Positions 22,745-33,078 of a stretch of 64,000 nt of DNA are shown in pieces. The translations under genes were made by a program, and so were the position numbers. Each line of letters starts with the position of its first letter. Position 1 is the first letter of the stretch. Source of the stretch: an uncultured delta proteobacterium (lineage in GTDB: Bacteria > Desulfobacterota > RBG-13-43-22); assembly GCA_963790475.1 (NCBI GenBank), contig CAWBOS010000006.1, forward strand, positions 480,001-544,000. Direction: 5' to 3'. The notes below the pieces were generated by a model, which was not told where the DNA came from, searched no databases, and saw nothing but the letters and a program-made list of their open reading frames with translations.

Positions 22745-23038
22745 TTAAGGTTTCGCATTCCCTTTGGCATATTCCGGGGCTTCAGAATCTGCAAAAATAG
22801 TATCGAAATAACCTGTTTTCCAGTCTGAGATTGTGCTTGGAATTTCCGAAGGCTTTTGGGGATCGAGTATAGCTATTTGTTGAGGTTCTGAAAGAATCAA
22901 ATCAAATTGATCATGTTTAAGCATCTCAATGGCTTTTTCCAAGGAAACAGTCGATTTTATCACTGTCCCGTCGAAGATAATGATATAGATGACCTCAAAA
23001 TTATTATCAATATGAATGATTTTGATGAATCTTTTCAT
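22745..23038 (-). CDS. truncated receiver-like protein (copy 2)
   Basis: IKIIHIDNNF..LEKAIEMLK..FDLILSEP plus an acidic tail. Confidence 0.65.
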   Translation of the reverse strand: MKRFIKIIHIDNNFEVIYIIIFDGTVIKSTVSLEKAIEMLKHDQFDLILSEPQQIAILDPQKPSEIPSTISDWKTGYFDTIFADSEAPEYAKGNAKP

Positions 23039-23237
23039 GATTTTTATTTCTCAACACTAAAAACCATAAATGAATTAAACAATAACCAATTAGACAATTT
23101 ACCTGCACATTTTGCCCTCCATCCCTTTATCTTCTTTCCTTTCTGGGTCCGGTTCATCCCGGTATCTCTTCAAAGGCGTTGGTTTTTAAAAGAGCTTGTC
23201 CCTCTTCAATAACATCCGGTGACAAGTCCGAGGATTT

Positions 23238-23717
23238 TTACTCGACTTTCACCTTTATTTCTTTCTTTTTGGCTTCTTCTGTTTTGGGCATCCTGATTTC
23301 CAAAATGCCGTCTTTAAATTTTGTTTTAATTTGATCTGTTTTGACCTCGGCCGGGAGACTGAAAGTTCGGCAAAAAGAGCCATAAGAGCTCTCCCAACGA
23401 TAATAATCTTTTTTCTTGATCTTCTCTTCCTTCTTCTTTTCACCGGCAAGGGTTATGGTGTCCTCGGTTAGGGTAATATCAAGGTCTTCTTTCCTGATCC
23501 CTGGTAGTTCCGCTTTGAGCACCACGTCGCCGTCACTCTCAAAAAGGTCGACAGTCGGAATCAACTCTCCGGTTTCCGGAAATCTTGAACCGGGTAGGTT
23601 GAACAGGGAAAGGGGACGCCGGAAGAATTCATTCAGACCCTTCTCCATCTCTCCCCAAAATGGAACCGTTTTGGTCCCTTCCTGTTTGACGATTTCTTTT
23701 ACTTCTTTGCTGGCCAT
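23238..23717 (-). CDS. Hsp20/alpha-crystallin small heat shock protein
   Basis: PTVDLFE, AELPG, ESSYGSFCRTFSLP, FKDGILEIRMPK. Confidence 0.95.
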   Translation of the reverse strand: MASKEVKEIVKQEGTKTVPFWGEMEKGLNEFFRRPLSLFNLPGSRFPETGELIPTVDLFESDGDVVLKAELPGIRKEDLDITLTEDTITLAGEKKKEEKIKKKDYYRWESSYGSFCRTFSLPAEVKTDQIKTKFKDGILEIRMPKTEEAKKKEIKVKVE

Positions 23718-23863
23718 GGTTACACCTCCCTATAAATGTTAAAAATTTTCTGTTTCATGGGTTAATTATTGACCAAAAGAACCGTACCATTTTTGAATGT
23801 CTGAAAAATCGGTTCGAACAAGAATATGGTAAGTGAAAACATCACAACCTTCCATCGGTCGGT

Positions 23864-24058
23864 TTATTCTTTATTAAAAGGCAACAGCAAGGTCCCTGAC
23901 AGGTCATTTTTTAAAATATCGACTACTTCGGACCGGACCCCTCTCTTTAGCTTAGGGGAGTAAATTTCATCTATGGAAGGTTCCAATAAAATAAAGTTAA
24001 TTTCATCCTGGTTCATAAAAGAGGGATTCAAAAATTCATAATTTTTCATTTTATCCAT
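23864..24058 (-). CDS. hypothetical small protein
   Basis: AGGAGG RBS upstream; co-oriented with neighbours. Confidence 0.4.
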   Translation of the reverse strand: MDKMKNYEFLNPSFMNQDEINFILLEPSIDEIYSPKLKRGVRSEVVDILKNDLSGTLLLPFNKE

Positions 24059-24350
24059 TTGAATAGTCCTCCTGGAATTTTTCCTTAGAAATTTTCCTTT
24101 CCTTAAGGAAAGGGATCTCCTTTTACAAGTAGGCGAAAGGAATGAGTCCTTAAGAAAAACAAAAACCTTAATCAGGGATCTTCCGGGGGCCTCGTTAGCT
24201 TTAAAATTTATCGATCTCTGTTTGAATTTTTTCGGCCAAAGGGGAACCTATGGAATCGGGCCAAGACCTGGTACATCTCCATAACCTGGAGTTCACATCC
24301 ATTAAAAGGCAAAGATTCACAATTCTCGGTCAGGAGGGTAGATAGGTTCC

Positions 24351-24782
24351 CTACTTTTTTGGTTCCAAACTTCGGAGAGCATCCACCATCGTTGGGGAAA
24401 TATCAGCGTGGTGGTGAACAGCCTTCCATGCCCCGGCTTCTCGGCGATAGATGTTGGTGACACGATGCTGCATGGAGACCTGCTGTCCGCCAAGCATCAC
24501 CTGCCCTTCTTCGGTACCCACTTCGTAGGCTATATCCCCTTCGATTCGAATAAGTTGATCCCTCAATCTAATCTGCCCGTCTGAAGTTAGCCTGGCTAAT
24601 TGATCCCACTTTTCTCGAACCTGGTCCCATCCGACTTCCCGACCGCCAACCGGGTGCATTGTCGTCACGTCTGGGCTGTGCGACCAAATGCCTTCCATTA
24701 GGCAGGAGTCCCCGTTGAGCATGTGGTGCAAAGCATCGTATAGATGTTCTGATGCTTTGCGGCATTCATCTAATGGAGACAT
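24351..24782 (-). CDS. SnoaL/NTF2-like (DUF4440) protein
   Basis: MHPVGGREVGWD, RVTNIYRRE..WKAVHHH. Confidence 0.88.
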   Translation of the reverse strand: MSPLDECRKASEHLYDALHHMLNGDSCLMEGIWSHSPDVTTMHPVGGREVGWDQVREKWDQLARLTSDGQIRLRDQLIRIEGDIAYEVGTEEGQVMLGGQQVSMQHRVTNIYRREAGAWKAVHHHADISPTMVDALRSLEPKK

Positions 24783-25232
24783 GAAAAATCCTCCCTGATA
24801 AGTCTTTTCATAATAGGGGGTTAAATTTTTTATAGAAAAATCATATTTTATTAGAGATGGTGCCGAAAGAAAATAAGGTCAATACAGTATTTTTGAATCA
24901 ATATTGATATATTATTTTGTGTTCTCAGGGGGATTCGAACCTAATAGATTTTGTTTCCTTTCCCAATGATTTATCTAACAATCATCTAATAGCATTTTAG
25001 ATTTTTTAATAAATAAATAAGCAGGTTAACGGTGGAGAGAGTTGGATTCGGACCTACGAACAATATTATATTAATCAACTACTAATTTCACCACTGTTAA
25101 TCTGAGGCATGTGTTTGCCTTAGCGATTAAGATTTGAGATAGATAATCTGTTCCAAGGTCCCCGGACGGCCACCATCGGATGAAAGGAATGTAAAAGAAA
25201 TCCAAAGATGGGCAAGGAGATAATGAAAAAGA

Positions 25233-25847
25233 TTAGCGGGGAGCCTCTTCCGTGATGCCCGTATGAAGTCCTTGCTTTCCATCCAGAATATCTTCGATGG
25301 ATTGAATCAATTCGGCCCGGGAAGAATCTTTGGAAAGATACATGTCCGCACCAGCCTTAGAGGCGGCCGCCTGGTATTCGGGGGTTTTATGAACGGTGAA
25401 GACCAGGATTTTAGTGCCCGGCCATTTTTTCTTGATTTCACTGGTAGCCGCTAAGCCGTCCATCCGGGGCATGGATATATCCATCAAAACCAGGTCGGGA
25501 AGCAATCTTTCGACAGAATTAATTGCTTCCACCCCATCGGCCGCTTCACCGACAATATCGAAAACCGGGGAATGGGAAAGAACGGACTTTATTCCCTCGC
25601 GGAGAATGGGATTGTCATCGACGATTAGGATGCGGATCTTATTATCCATAGTTAAAGATTTAGCTTGAGGTCTCATGATCGCTTTATTGTGGGGTTCTGA
25701 AAGAATTAAATCGAATTCCTCGGTTTTCAGGAGTTGAATGGCCTGCTTGAGTGGAACAGAGGAATGGATTATACTTCCAGGATTTTTAATAAAATAGGTA
25801 ACTTTAAAATCGGGGTCGATGTGTAGGATTTTAATTGGAGTACTCAT
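25233..25847 (-). CDS. half-receiver microdomain fused to a NarL-type receiver lacking an output HTH
   Basis: N-terminal FDLILSEP module (copy 3); then ILIVDD, DLVLMDISMP, FT, YLSK; no LuxR domain. Confidence 0.85.
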   Translation of the reverse strand: MSTPIKILHIDPDFKVTYFIKNPGSIIHSSVPLKQAIQLLKTEEFDLILSEPHNKAIMRPQAKSLTMDNKIRILIVDDNPILREGIKSVLSHSPVFDIVGEAADGVEAINSVERLLPDLVLMDISMPRMDGLAATSEIKKKWPGTKILVFTVHKTPEYQAAASKAGADMYLSKDSSRAELIQSIEDILDGKQGLHTGITEEAPR

Positions 25848-26121
25848 TTTAATAAATCCATCCCGCCTAAAGTCTAATGAAATAGAAGATACCAACTTAC
25901 TGATTGAAAAAACACTTATGGATTATTTTTGCATAAATTAGCCCAATAAAGAATATAGGCAGGAATGTATTTTGAAGAAAAAAATACTGTAGTTTTAAGG
26001 GTGGGCTATTCCACAAGATACAAATTTGTTAATCCCGCAAAGGGAGCAGTCTGTTTCAATTTGTCTACATAGTCCTGGTTTACTATTCGAACCAAGTTCC
26101 CGGATGGCCAGGCTTTCATAA

Positions 26122-27465
26122 TCAGACGGGCCAAACGGCCCGGACAACCGTCCCTTTTCCTTTGGCGGACTTGATGGAAAAAGAGCCGTTTAAGAATTCA
26201 ATCCTTTCTTTCATGCTGGAGAGCCCCAAGCCTTTCGTTGAAATTTCCCTGGAGGACAGATTTTCCGGATCAAATCCTTCTCCATTATCTTTGATATACA
26301 GTTCTATGGCGCCGTCAATTTTTCGCAGCCCGAAATGCACCGAGTCGGCCTTGGCATGTTTGCCGATATTATTCATAGCCTCCTGGGTAATTCTAAAAAG
26401 AACGATCTTTAGATGATCCGGCACCTCCTCTTCCCTGATGGTAATCACTGGTTCAACCTCGATGTCAGAGTAAATCGTTTTAAATCTCCGGCAAAACCAG
26501 GAAAGGGCGGCCACAATACCCAGATCGTCCAGAAGAGGAGGCCGCAAATCGGCCTGAATTCTGCGGGTCTCTCCAATCGTTTCCTGGATGAGGGGGATGA
26601 GGGTCTCCAGGGGTTTGGAAATATTAAAGGTCTCATCATACTTGGGGAGATGCTGTAAGGCCTCTTCCGCCTTGAATTTGATGGCACTTAAGTTAGACCC
26701 CAGGACATCGTGAATCTCCAAGGCGATTCGTTTCCTTTCATTCTCCTGGGCGGAGAGAACCTGGGCGGCCAGGATTCGAAGTTGTTCTTTTGATTCCTGC
26801 AAGGCCTGCACCATCTTCAATCGTTCATCGATTTCGATGGTTAGTTCTTCATTTCTTTGAGCCAACTCTGCGGTTCGTTCTTGAATCCGGGCCTCCAGTT
26901 CGTCGTACGATTTGCGAAGCTCTTTTTCCAGTTGCTTGCGCTTGGTGATATCGTGGATGTTGCACTGAATCACTTCTTTATGGCCAACGAGATAGATATT
27001 ACTGACAAATTCCACGTCAATGAGCCGCCCATCTTTTGTTTGAAGCGGTAAATCTTCATAGCGAACATATCCCTTGGTTTGCAGTTCCGAAAAAGTGGTT
27101 TTGGCCTTCTGAATATCTTTAAAGGCACCAATCTCCCAGAGTTGCTTCCCAAGAAATTGATCGTATGAATAGCCTAACATTTCAATTAAAAATGGGTTAA
27201 CATCGGATATCCGACCTGTATCGGCATCGAGGATTAATATTCCATCCTGGGCTGTTTCAAAGAGACGCCGGAAACGAACCTCAGAATCCTCCAGTGCCTC
27301 CTCCATCTGCTTGCGCTCCGCGATTTCAGACTGTAATAGTTCATTAGCCTCTTTTAATCGCTGTTCCGCACTATCAAGCCTCTCTTCCATCTCAACGAGT
27401 ATTTGTTGTTTTGTTTTGGCATCTCCTTTCATAAGATCAATCCTCCCTGATTTGGGAATCTTCAA
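26122..27465 (-). CDS. cytoplasmic PAS histidine kinase (HisKA_3/NarX-UhpB type)
   Basis: PAS domain with DIT motif, ERKRIALEIHD, QEAMNNIGKHA, DNGEGF, GLGL. Confidence 0.93.
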   Translation of the reverse strand: MKIPKSGRIDLMKGDAKTKQQILVEMEERLDSAEQRLKEANELLQSEIAERKQMEEALEDSEVRFRRLFETAQDGILILDADTGRISDVNPFLIEMLGYSYDQFLGKQLWEIGAFKDIQKAKTTFSELQTKGYVRYEDLPLQTKDGRLIDVEFVSNIYLVGHKEVIQCNIHDITKRKQLEKELRKSYDELEARIQERTAELAQRNEELTIEIDERLKMVQALQESKEQLRILAAQVLSAQENERKRIALEIHDVLGSNLSAIKFKAEEALQHLPKYDETFNISKPLETLIPLIQETIGETRRIQADLRPPLLDDLGIVAALSWFCRRFKTIYSDIEVEPVITIREEEVPDHLKIVLFRITQEAMNNIGKHAKADSVHFGLRKIDGAIELYIKDNGEGFDPENLSSREISTKGLGLSSMKERIEFLNGSFSIKSAKGKGTVVRAVWPV

Positions 27466-27682
27466 CCTTTTATCTTATCAATTTTATAAACAAATTATAA
27501 AAAAGGCTGCTCCCATGGTTTGCGAAACCCCATGATGCGATAAGATCTCCCTCATGAATACCAGGCCAAGAATTCATTACATTATCATTGTGAACGCATC
27601 CTACAAACAAAAATTAATAAAAAAAGGAGATACATAAAAATATTTTATTCATACTTGCCCCATTAATTTGATACGATTTAAT

Positions 27683-27716
27683 AAAAAGCCCCACCTCTCT
27701 GTTGAGAAATGGGGCT
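27683..27716 (-). terminator. intrinsic terminator in the kinase leader
   Basis: AGCCCCATTTCTCAACAGAGAGGTGGGGCT followed by a T-run. Confidence 0.75.
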
Positions 27717-27785
27717 CTATTTTTCCATTAGACACTCCTGGCTAAAGGTTGCCAACGAGAAAATGTATATATTTTATAAACTCTT

Positions 27786-27814
27786 AACTTATCAGGATAT
27801 TCCTAACGAGTCAA
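27786..27814 (-). promoter_or_regulatory. sigma70-like promoter
   Basis: TTGACT-17 bp-TAAGTT. Confidence 0.55.
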
Positions 27815-28156
27815 ATCATTTCTTAAGTTATGTCATTTCTTAAGTTATATTCATTATCGTTTGAACTCTTCCGTTTCATTCAATCGGTTTTTAACTTGTT
27901 GGGTTTCCCTTCCGTCCCAACAACACCATGATTGTGATCCGTACACTTGTCCTGAATAGCATCGCTGTGATGCTGATTAACGACACCGGTGCCTTGAAAG
28001 CGATGGATTAAATGGGTATGCTGAAGAAGAGACCGGTTGGAGCTTGCCGCCTTCATCCCCGCCACTACGATGATAAAACTGGTCAAGATCAATAGTGCGG
28101 GCGCCTTGGCCGCGAGTTCCACATTCTTATCTATGGGACTTCCTTCTTTGCCGAAG

Positions 28157-30331
28157 CTACCCAATAGGGAAATCGTGCGTGTTGCCGTCAGGCTCAATGA
28201 TGCGGAAGCAGACTTGATGCTTGGGATGATCTCGCAACTTCCCCCACGCTTTTCGAAAACGCGCCGCCTGCCCTTTGGGCGGCAGTACGGGTGAAGGTCC
28301 CTCGATGATTTCCGCCGAGTCGAGTTGCGCGGCAGTGAGGGCGATGGCGTCGAGAACATTCGAGGATGGTACGACGAGCAAGTGCACCGGCTTGCCTTCC
28401 TTTTCCGCAAGCGCGACTACGTGAGTGAACAGCAATTGCTTGTGGCTCGTGAAAAGATAGTGCTCAGCAATGCCTTTGTACCCGGTGTCGGGTCCTTTTA
28501 GAATTTGCACGGTCATCACCACCAAGTCTTTTTTATGCGTGTTTGTTAGCTCCAGAGTTTTACGAAGGTGGTCGAGCGTGTGGTAATCACGAACGAAACA
28601 GAGCGTGTTGCCGGGACGCACGCCGAGGCTCTCGTTTGAAACGTTTTCTTGCGGGTGGGTCTGGAATTGATCCATCTCGACGCGGGATGTTGCACCTTGT
28701 TTTCGTTGGTTGATGCGTTCCGAGATGATAAAGATGAGGAAAAATACCAGCGTGAAGGTAACCCCACTGATCGTCGCTACCTCTTTAGTGATCAAGTTTA
28801 TTCCGGCTATGGAGAACAGCAGCGTTGCAATCGCACCCAGACCGATCGGAATCTCGTTACTGCCCAGATACATATTGAAGGGGACCTTCCACTCGCGTGG
28901 CGATTGGTCTTTGAAGCGCAGCACAACCATCGCCAATCCCTTGAATGCGAATGACCAAATCACGCCGAAGGCGTAAGCCTCACCCAGAACGTAGACGTTG
29001 CCGCGCGAGCCTATGATCGTTGCCAGTTGCAGGAGAACGATGAGGTTGATCATCCGATGAGTGGTCCCGTATTTTTTATGGGGTTCGCGAAACCAATCCG
29101 TCATCACGCCGTCTTCTGAGACCCTGTTGAGGACACCGTTGGATCCGATGATAGCTGTATTCACTGCGCCCGATAGCATAAGAAAACCCACGATGACGAT
29201 GAAAGCTTGAAAGAGCAGTCTTAACGGTGTCGGGCCGACCAGGTATAACGCAATGCCACTGATCAGATTGTCGAAATACTTCGGCCGAATGTGGTCGGGG
29301 ATGATTGCATAGGCGAAGAACGAAACCAACGAGGTGAACAGTAGTGAGTAAACAAAGATGACAAATCCCGCCCGCACCAGGTTTTGGTGTTTGGGGTATT
29401 CCAATTCGCGGTTGACCTGGGCGAGAGATTCTTCGCCCGACATGGCCAGAAACGAGTGTCCGAAGGCGATCAGGATGCCGATCAGCCCCAATAGAGCACC
29501 TGCGTTGGGCGCGAGACCATAGAGCGGTTCCGCTGCTGATTGTTCGGGCGCGGGCCTCGTGGCTGGCGGCGCTTCAATGGGAAGTTGCCTCAGAGCACCT
29601 GGGGTGATTTTGGGCAACCACCCAACGGCATCGTGATTGAACGTGAGGTGGCTCGGGACAGGCGTGGGCGGAAAGCGCTGCATGGAGGGCTGCGTCAAGA
29701 TTGTTAACCCGCACCATCCAATCAGGAAGACGATCATCACCGTCGTCGCATACATGATCCTTAGCGCATCGTCCGATGATTCGTGGATGCCTTTCGTGTT
29801 GCGCCACCAGAAATAAAGGGTAACCAGCACGGCAAGGCCGGCGGCCAGCAAGTTTATCGTTGCCTTCGAGGGAGTCCACGGATGTCCGAAATAGGTGACT
29901 GTCTGGGCAACGAGTCCAATGATATACTGCCCTGCCGAAACACCCGAGATCGGCCCGGTCAGAATGTAGTCGAACATCAGGGCGGAAACTGAAAGTTTGG
30001 CGAGGGTACCGCCCATCGCCTCTTTGACGACTCGATAGACCCCGCCGCGCGTAAACATGCCGCATGATTCGATATAAACAGCCCGAACGGCATAAGAGAA
30101 GAGCATCACCCCGAAGATGAACCAGGGAGCCGCACGTCCGACCGCTTGCTCGGCAATTCCTCCAACATAGAAAGCCGACGAACCGAGATCGTTGAGGACG
30201 ATGGCAGCAGCACGCCAGAAGGAAATGAACGAGAGCATCACCGATGTGACGACGACTACTTTCGTCGTCTGTTTGGCCGGCTTCATCGAACCCCCGAATA
30301 TCTGGAAAACCTTGGGGCCGTACTCTAACAC
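28157..30331 (-). CDS. APC family permease with a cytoplasmic C-terminal domain
   Basis: NDLGSSAFY, RGGVYRVVKE, AMSGEES, AYAFG; about 12 TM segments; start may be 30286. Confidence 0.88.
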   Translation of the reverse strand: MLEYGPKVFQIFGGSMKPAKQTTKVVVVTSVMLSFISFWRAAAIVLNDLGSSAFYVGGIAEQAVGRAAPWFIFGVMLFSYAVRAVYIESCGMFTRGGVYRVVKEAMGGTLAKLSVSALMFDYILTGPISGVSAGQYIIGLVAQTVTYFGHPWTPSKATINLLAAGLAVLVTLYFWWRNTKGIHESSDDALRIMYATTVMIVFLIGWCGLTILTQPSMQRFPPTPVPSHLTFNHDAVGWLPKITPGALRQLPIEAPPATRPAPEQSAAEPLYGLAPNAGALLGLIGILIAFGHSFLAMSGEESLAQVNRELEYPKHQNLVRAGFVIFVYSLLFTSLVSFFAYAIIPDHIRPKYFDNLISGIALYLVGPTPLRLLFQAFIVIVGFLMLSGAVNTAIIGSNGVLNRVSEDGVMTDWFREPHKKYGTTHRMINLIVLLQLATIIGSRGNVYVLGEAYAFGVIWSFAFKGLAMVVLRFKDQSPREWKVPFNMYLGSNEIPIGLGAIATLLFSIAGINLITKEVATISGVTFTLVFFLIFIISERINQRKQGATSRVEMDQFQTHPQENVSNESLGVRPGNTLCFVRDYHTLDHLRKTLELTNTHKKDLVVMTVQILKGPDTGYKGIAEHYLFTSHKQLLFTHVVALAEKEGKPVHLLVVPSSNVLDAIALTAAQLDSAEIIEGPSPVLPPKGQAARFRKAWGKLRDHPKHQVCFRIIEPDGNTHDFPIG

Positions 30332-31077
30332 GGCGCCCTTAGCACCACAAACGTGGTGATTGTCGAATTTTCTCCTTGCTACCCTTAGAAATCGACTCGG
30401 AGCAAAAATCGTGCGTGCAGGTATGGACCACGGGGCTACCCGACGTCTTTCTCGGCTGCTTCACCGATAGCAAGCACAAGCAACCCGGCACTTACGTTGT
30501 GCCTTAACCCTGCCATACTATAGTCCAGCTGAATGTTTGTTATACCAGATGTGCCGGACTCAGTTATCAGCACCCCCAGGCTGGGTCCTGCGGTCAGCTG
30601 CCTGCGGCGGTTGTTCATACCTCGACCGAGTGTCCCTGACGGTCATCGACCAGGAGAATCACTTTGTCGTGTCGCTCGACGCCATCAACGGTCACACTTG
30701 CTTCCCATTCCCGGCGTGCGTTTGGTTTGATAAGACTTTGCTTTTGAATAGGAAGAGTATAAAATAATGTTAAGATAGGTTCAAGGAGAAAAACAGGGCG
30801 GAAGGCAAGAGGACAGAGGTCGTTTTCTTGCGAAAATGGGACTTTGCGGGGCTGATTTGACAAATTGATTACCGTTTGAACTTCTCTGATTTTTCAAACA
30901 TGCCAAGTAAACGATTTCACGAAGTAATTATAGGGACGTCCACATTTTTTTTTGGGGGAGTCGCCTGGAGACGTTACGATAAAAATCTGATACGGGTTAT
31001 CGTTCAACACCTAAACACTTTGAGATTTCTCCTTAGTTGCATAAAGGTAAAGGTTCAATGTTGAATCATTTGGCCTA

Positions 31078-31953
31078 TTAGCTCTTAAGATATAAGGGGG
31101 ATGAGGCCTTCATAAACCGGGTCATATGGCGCATTTCTGCGATAACTGTATCGGTGCCTTTTTCTTTCAACGTTGAATCGTACCAGAAATATTCAGTTTT
31201 AGGACTTGCCCCAACACAGATCAATTTCCCAGTTGCTTGGTAGGGTATGCCGACTTTTACCGGACCTTTCACATTTCTGATTTCGGTGGCTCCAAAGAAA
31301 CCAACAGCCTCAATTCTCCTACCATCGGGAGGATGCGGGGTCAGCATCATGGCGTGATACATATGCGATGGATTCACCACCGGTTCACCCCAGGGGGACT
31401 CTTTTGTGTACCATTCCAGAGGATCGGTTATAGTAGTCAGGACTTTATCCGCTGTATCCAAGGTCATGAGAACATCAGTGGTGGGCAGTTCCTGCCCGGC
31501 CTTAAGCCCAGCCAGGATTCGAAGCTCATCCGGGTCAGCATTTTTCAGCTCAATCGATCGAACGTATGATGTTTCCTGGGGATTACCCACAGATACGGTT
31601 CCCTTAGCTACCACTGTGCCGTTTTTCATCACCACCCGTGCTTCGAGCGATACGTTATCCTGGTCTTTTGGGGGCACCGGCATTTCCACCCGTACTTCCT
31701 CGCGATCCAGAGTGGCGTAGACGTAAAACATGCTAATTGAGCCGGTCTCAAACCAACGCTGACCAAAAGCCTCAAGCAATACGGGTGGAAAGAGGTTTAG
31801 ATGAATGGTGCCAGGAATAGTCCCCCCCCGCATGCCTACTTTCTGAGCCACCTCATCAGTGTGAATTGAACCAGGGGCTCCTTGCCAGACATTGACTGGT
31901 TTGCGCCAACCGCCATAATACATTCCGTCTTTAATAATAATATCGCTGGACAT
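31078..31953 (-). CDS. hypothetical protein, probable double hot-dog fold
   Basis: GSIHTDEVA..GGTIPG..H (MaoC-like) and SPWGEPVV motifs. Confidence 0.65.
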   Translation of the reverse strand: MSSDIIIKDGMYYGGWRKPVNVWQGAPGSIHTDEVAQKVGMRGGTIPGTIHLNLFPPVLLEAFGQRWFETGSISMFYVYATLDREEVRVEMPVPPKDQDNVSLEARVVMKNGTVVAKGTVSVGNPQETSYVRSIELKNADPDELRILAGLKAGQELPTTDVLMTLDTADKVLTTITDPLEWYTKESPWGEPVVNPSHMYHAMMLTPHPPDGRRIEAVGFFGATEIRNVKGPVKVGIPYQATGKLICVGASPKTEYFWYDSTLKEKGTDTVIAEMRHMTRFMKASSPLYLKS

Positions 31954-32165
31954 AATCCTCCTCTTTTCCTATTTTTTTAAGATTCATACCTACTCTTTTT
32001 GATAAGATATTGTTTTTTGATGGAATAAGTATAAAGAACGAAAAAAGTACGGTCAAGCGGAAAAGCAGGACCGGAAGCCTGATTTTCTTTTTGACGAAGC
32101 CCCCCGGGAGATGTTATTATAAAAGCCGAAATAGCACACCATTTATAATTGTAGGAGGAACCCAT

Positions 32166-32598
32166 ATGGCCAATCTAAATATATTTTACCCTACATGGTC
32201 GCTCCGCCTGCTCAGTATTCTGGGAATCGTTATCGCATTCCTCTTTTTGTCACACGGAAGCGCAAAATTATTCGGCATACCTGTCGTCCAGCACCCCGGT
32301 TTGGTTCCGCTCTTCTCGATGTTGGGATTGGCCGGAGTCCTGGAATTCTTCGGCGGGCTATTCATTCCTTTTGGGGCTGTTTATACGCCCGGTAGCCTTT
32401 ATTCTGTCGGGAGAAATGGTCGTAGCCTACTTTATGGCCCATGCACCGAAGGGGTTCTGGCCAGTTCTGAATGGAGGGGAGTTGGCCGTACTGTATTGCT
32501 TTGCATTCCTTTATTTGGTTGTAGCCGGAGGAGGCTCGTGGAGCGTCGATCATCTATGGCGGAAGGGCCAGAGTTTAAGAAATCCCAATGCCAATTAG
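32166..32598 (+). pseudogene. DoxX family protein, frameshifted
   Basis: HGSAKLFG..LEFFGG in one frame; GLFIRPVAF..GEMVVAY..NGGELA..GGGSWSVD in another; +1 shift near 32367. Confidence 0.85.
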
Positions 32599-33078
32599 AC
32601 GTTTGACCCTAAGCCCGTTTGCGGTTGCCGCTCCATTCTGCCATTAAAACAACTATTAAACTCTAAAGAGTTGTTGACGAGTATTGATATCTTGACTTGT
32701 GTTTAAATATACTACTTTATCAATTTAGCAACACCCGTTCCCCTTATCTTGATTACTTTTGAACTCTTCCATTTATTCAAAATGATGGTTAGAGGAAGAA
32801 GTCATCATCTCACTTGTCAATGTCTGGATAGTCAAATCCTGATTTTTTACGATTTATTTGATGCAGACCCTGGACAGAAGGGATGCTCGGTAACCATTGA
32901 TGTTATTCCTTCAGAAAATATGATATAGATGGACAACTATGTGAAGGTTAGGGGCCAACTGAGAATGATCCAGATATTGTGGCACCGCTGGGAATCCCGG
33001 CGGGTAAACGAGAAAACAACCCTCAATTTGTAGTATCGGGAGAAACCGGTCTACTCGACTAAAAAAAAGGAGGCCATC

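Noticed and set aside
25153-26110. Similar 19-20-mers CCAAG(G/T)TCCC(C)GGA(C/T)GGCCA after the kinase and receiver genes
   Set aside because: Too short and imperfect to separate from chance or ancient duplication
27816-27848. Tandem TCATTTCTTAAGTTAT x2
   Set aside because: Only two AT-rich copies; slippage is as likely as an operator
27880-28150. ORF 27880-28410 as a real gene
   Set aside because: Mostly overlaps the APC permease; only LLILTSFIIVVAGMKAA hints at an AI-2E transporter stub
30490-30550. Possible attC (CCTTAAC..GTTATAC)
   Set aside because: The arms do not pair convincingly and there is no flanking cassette ORF
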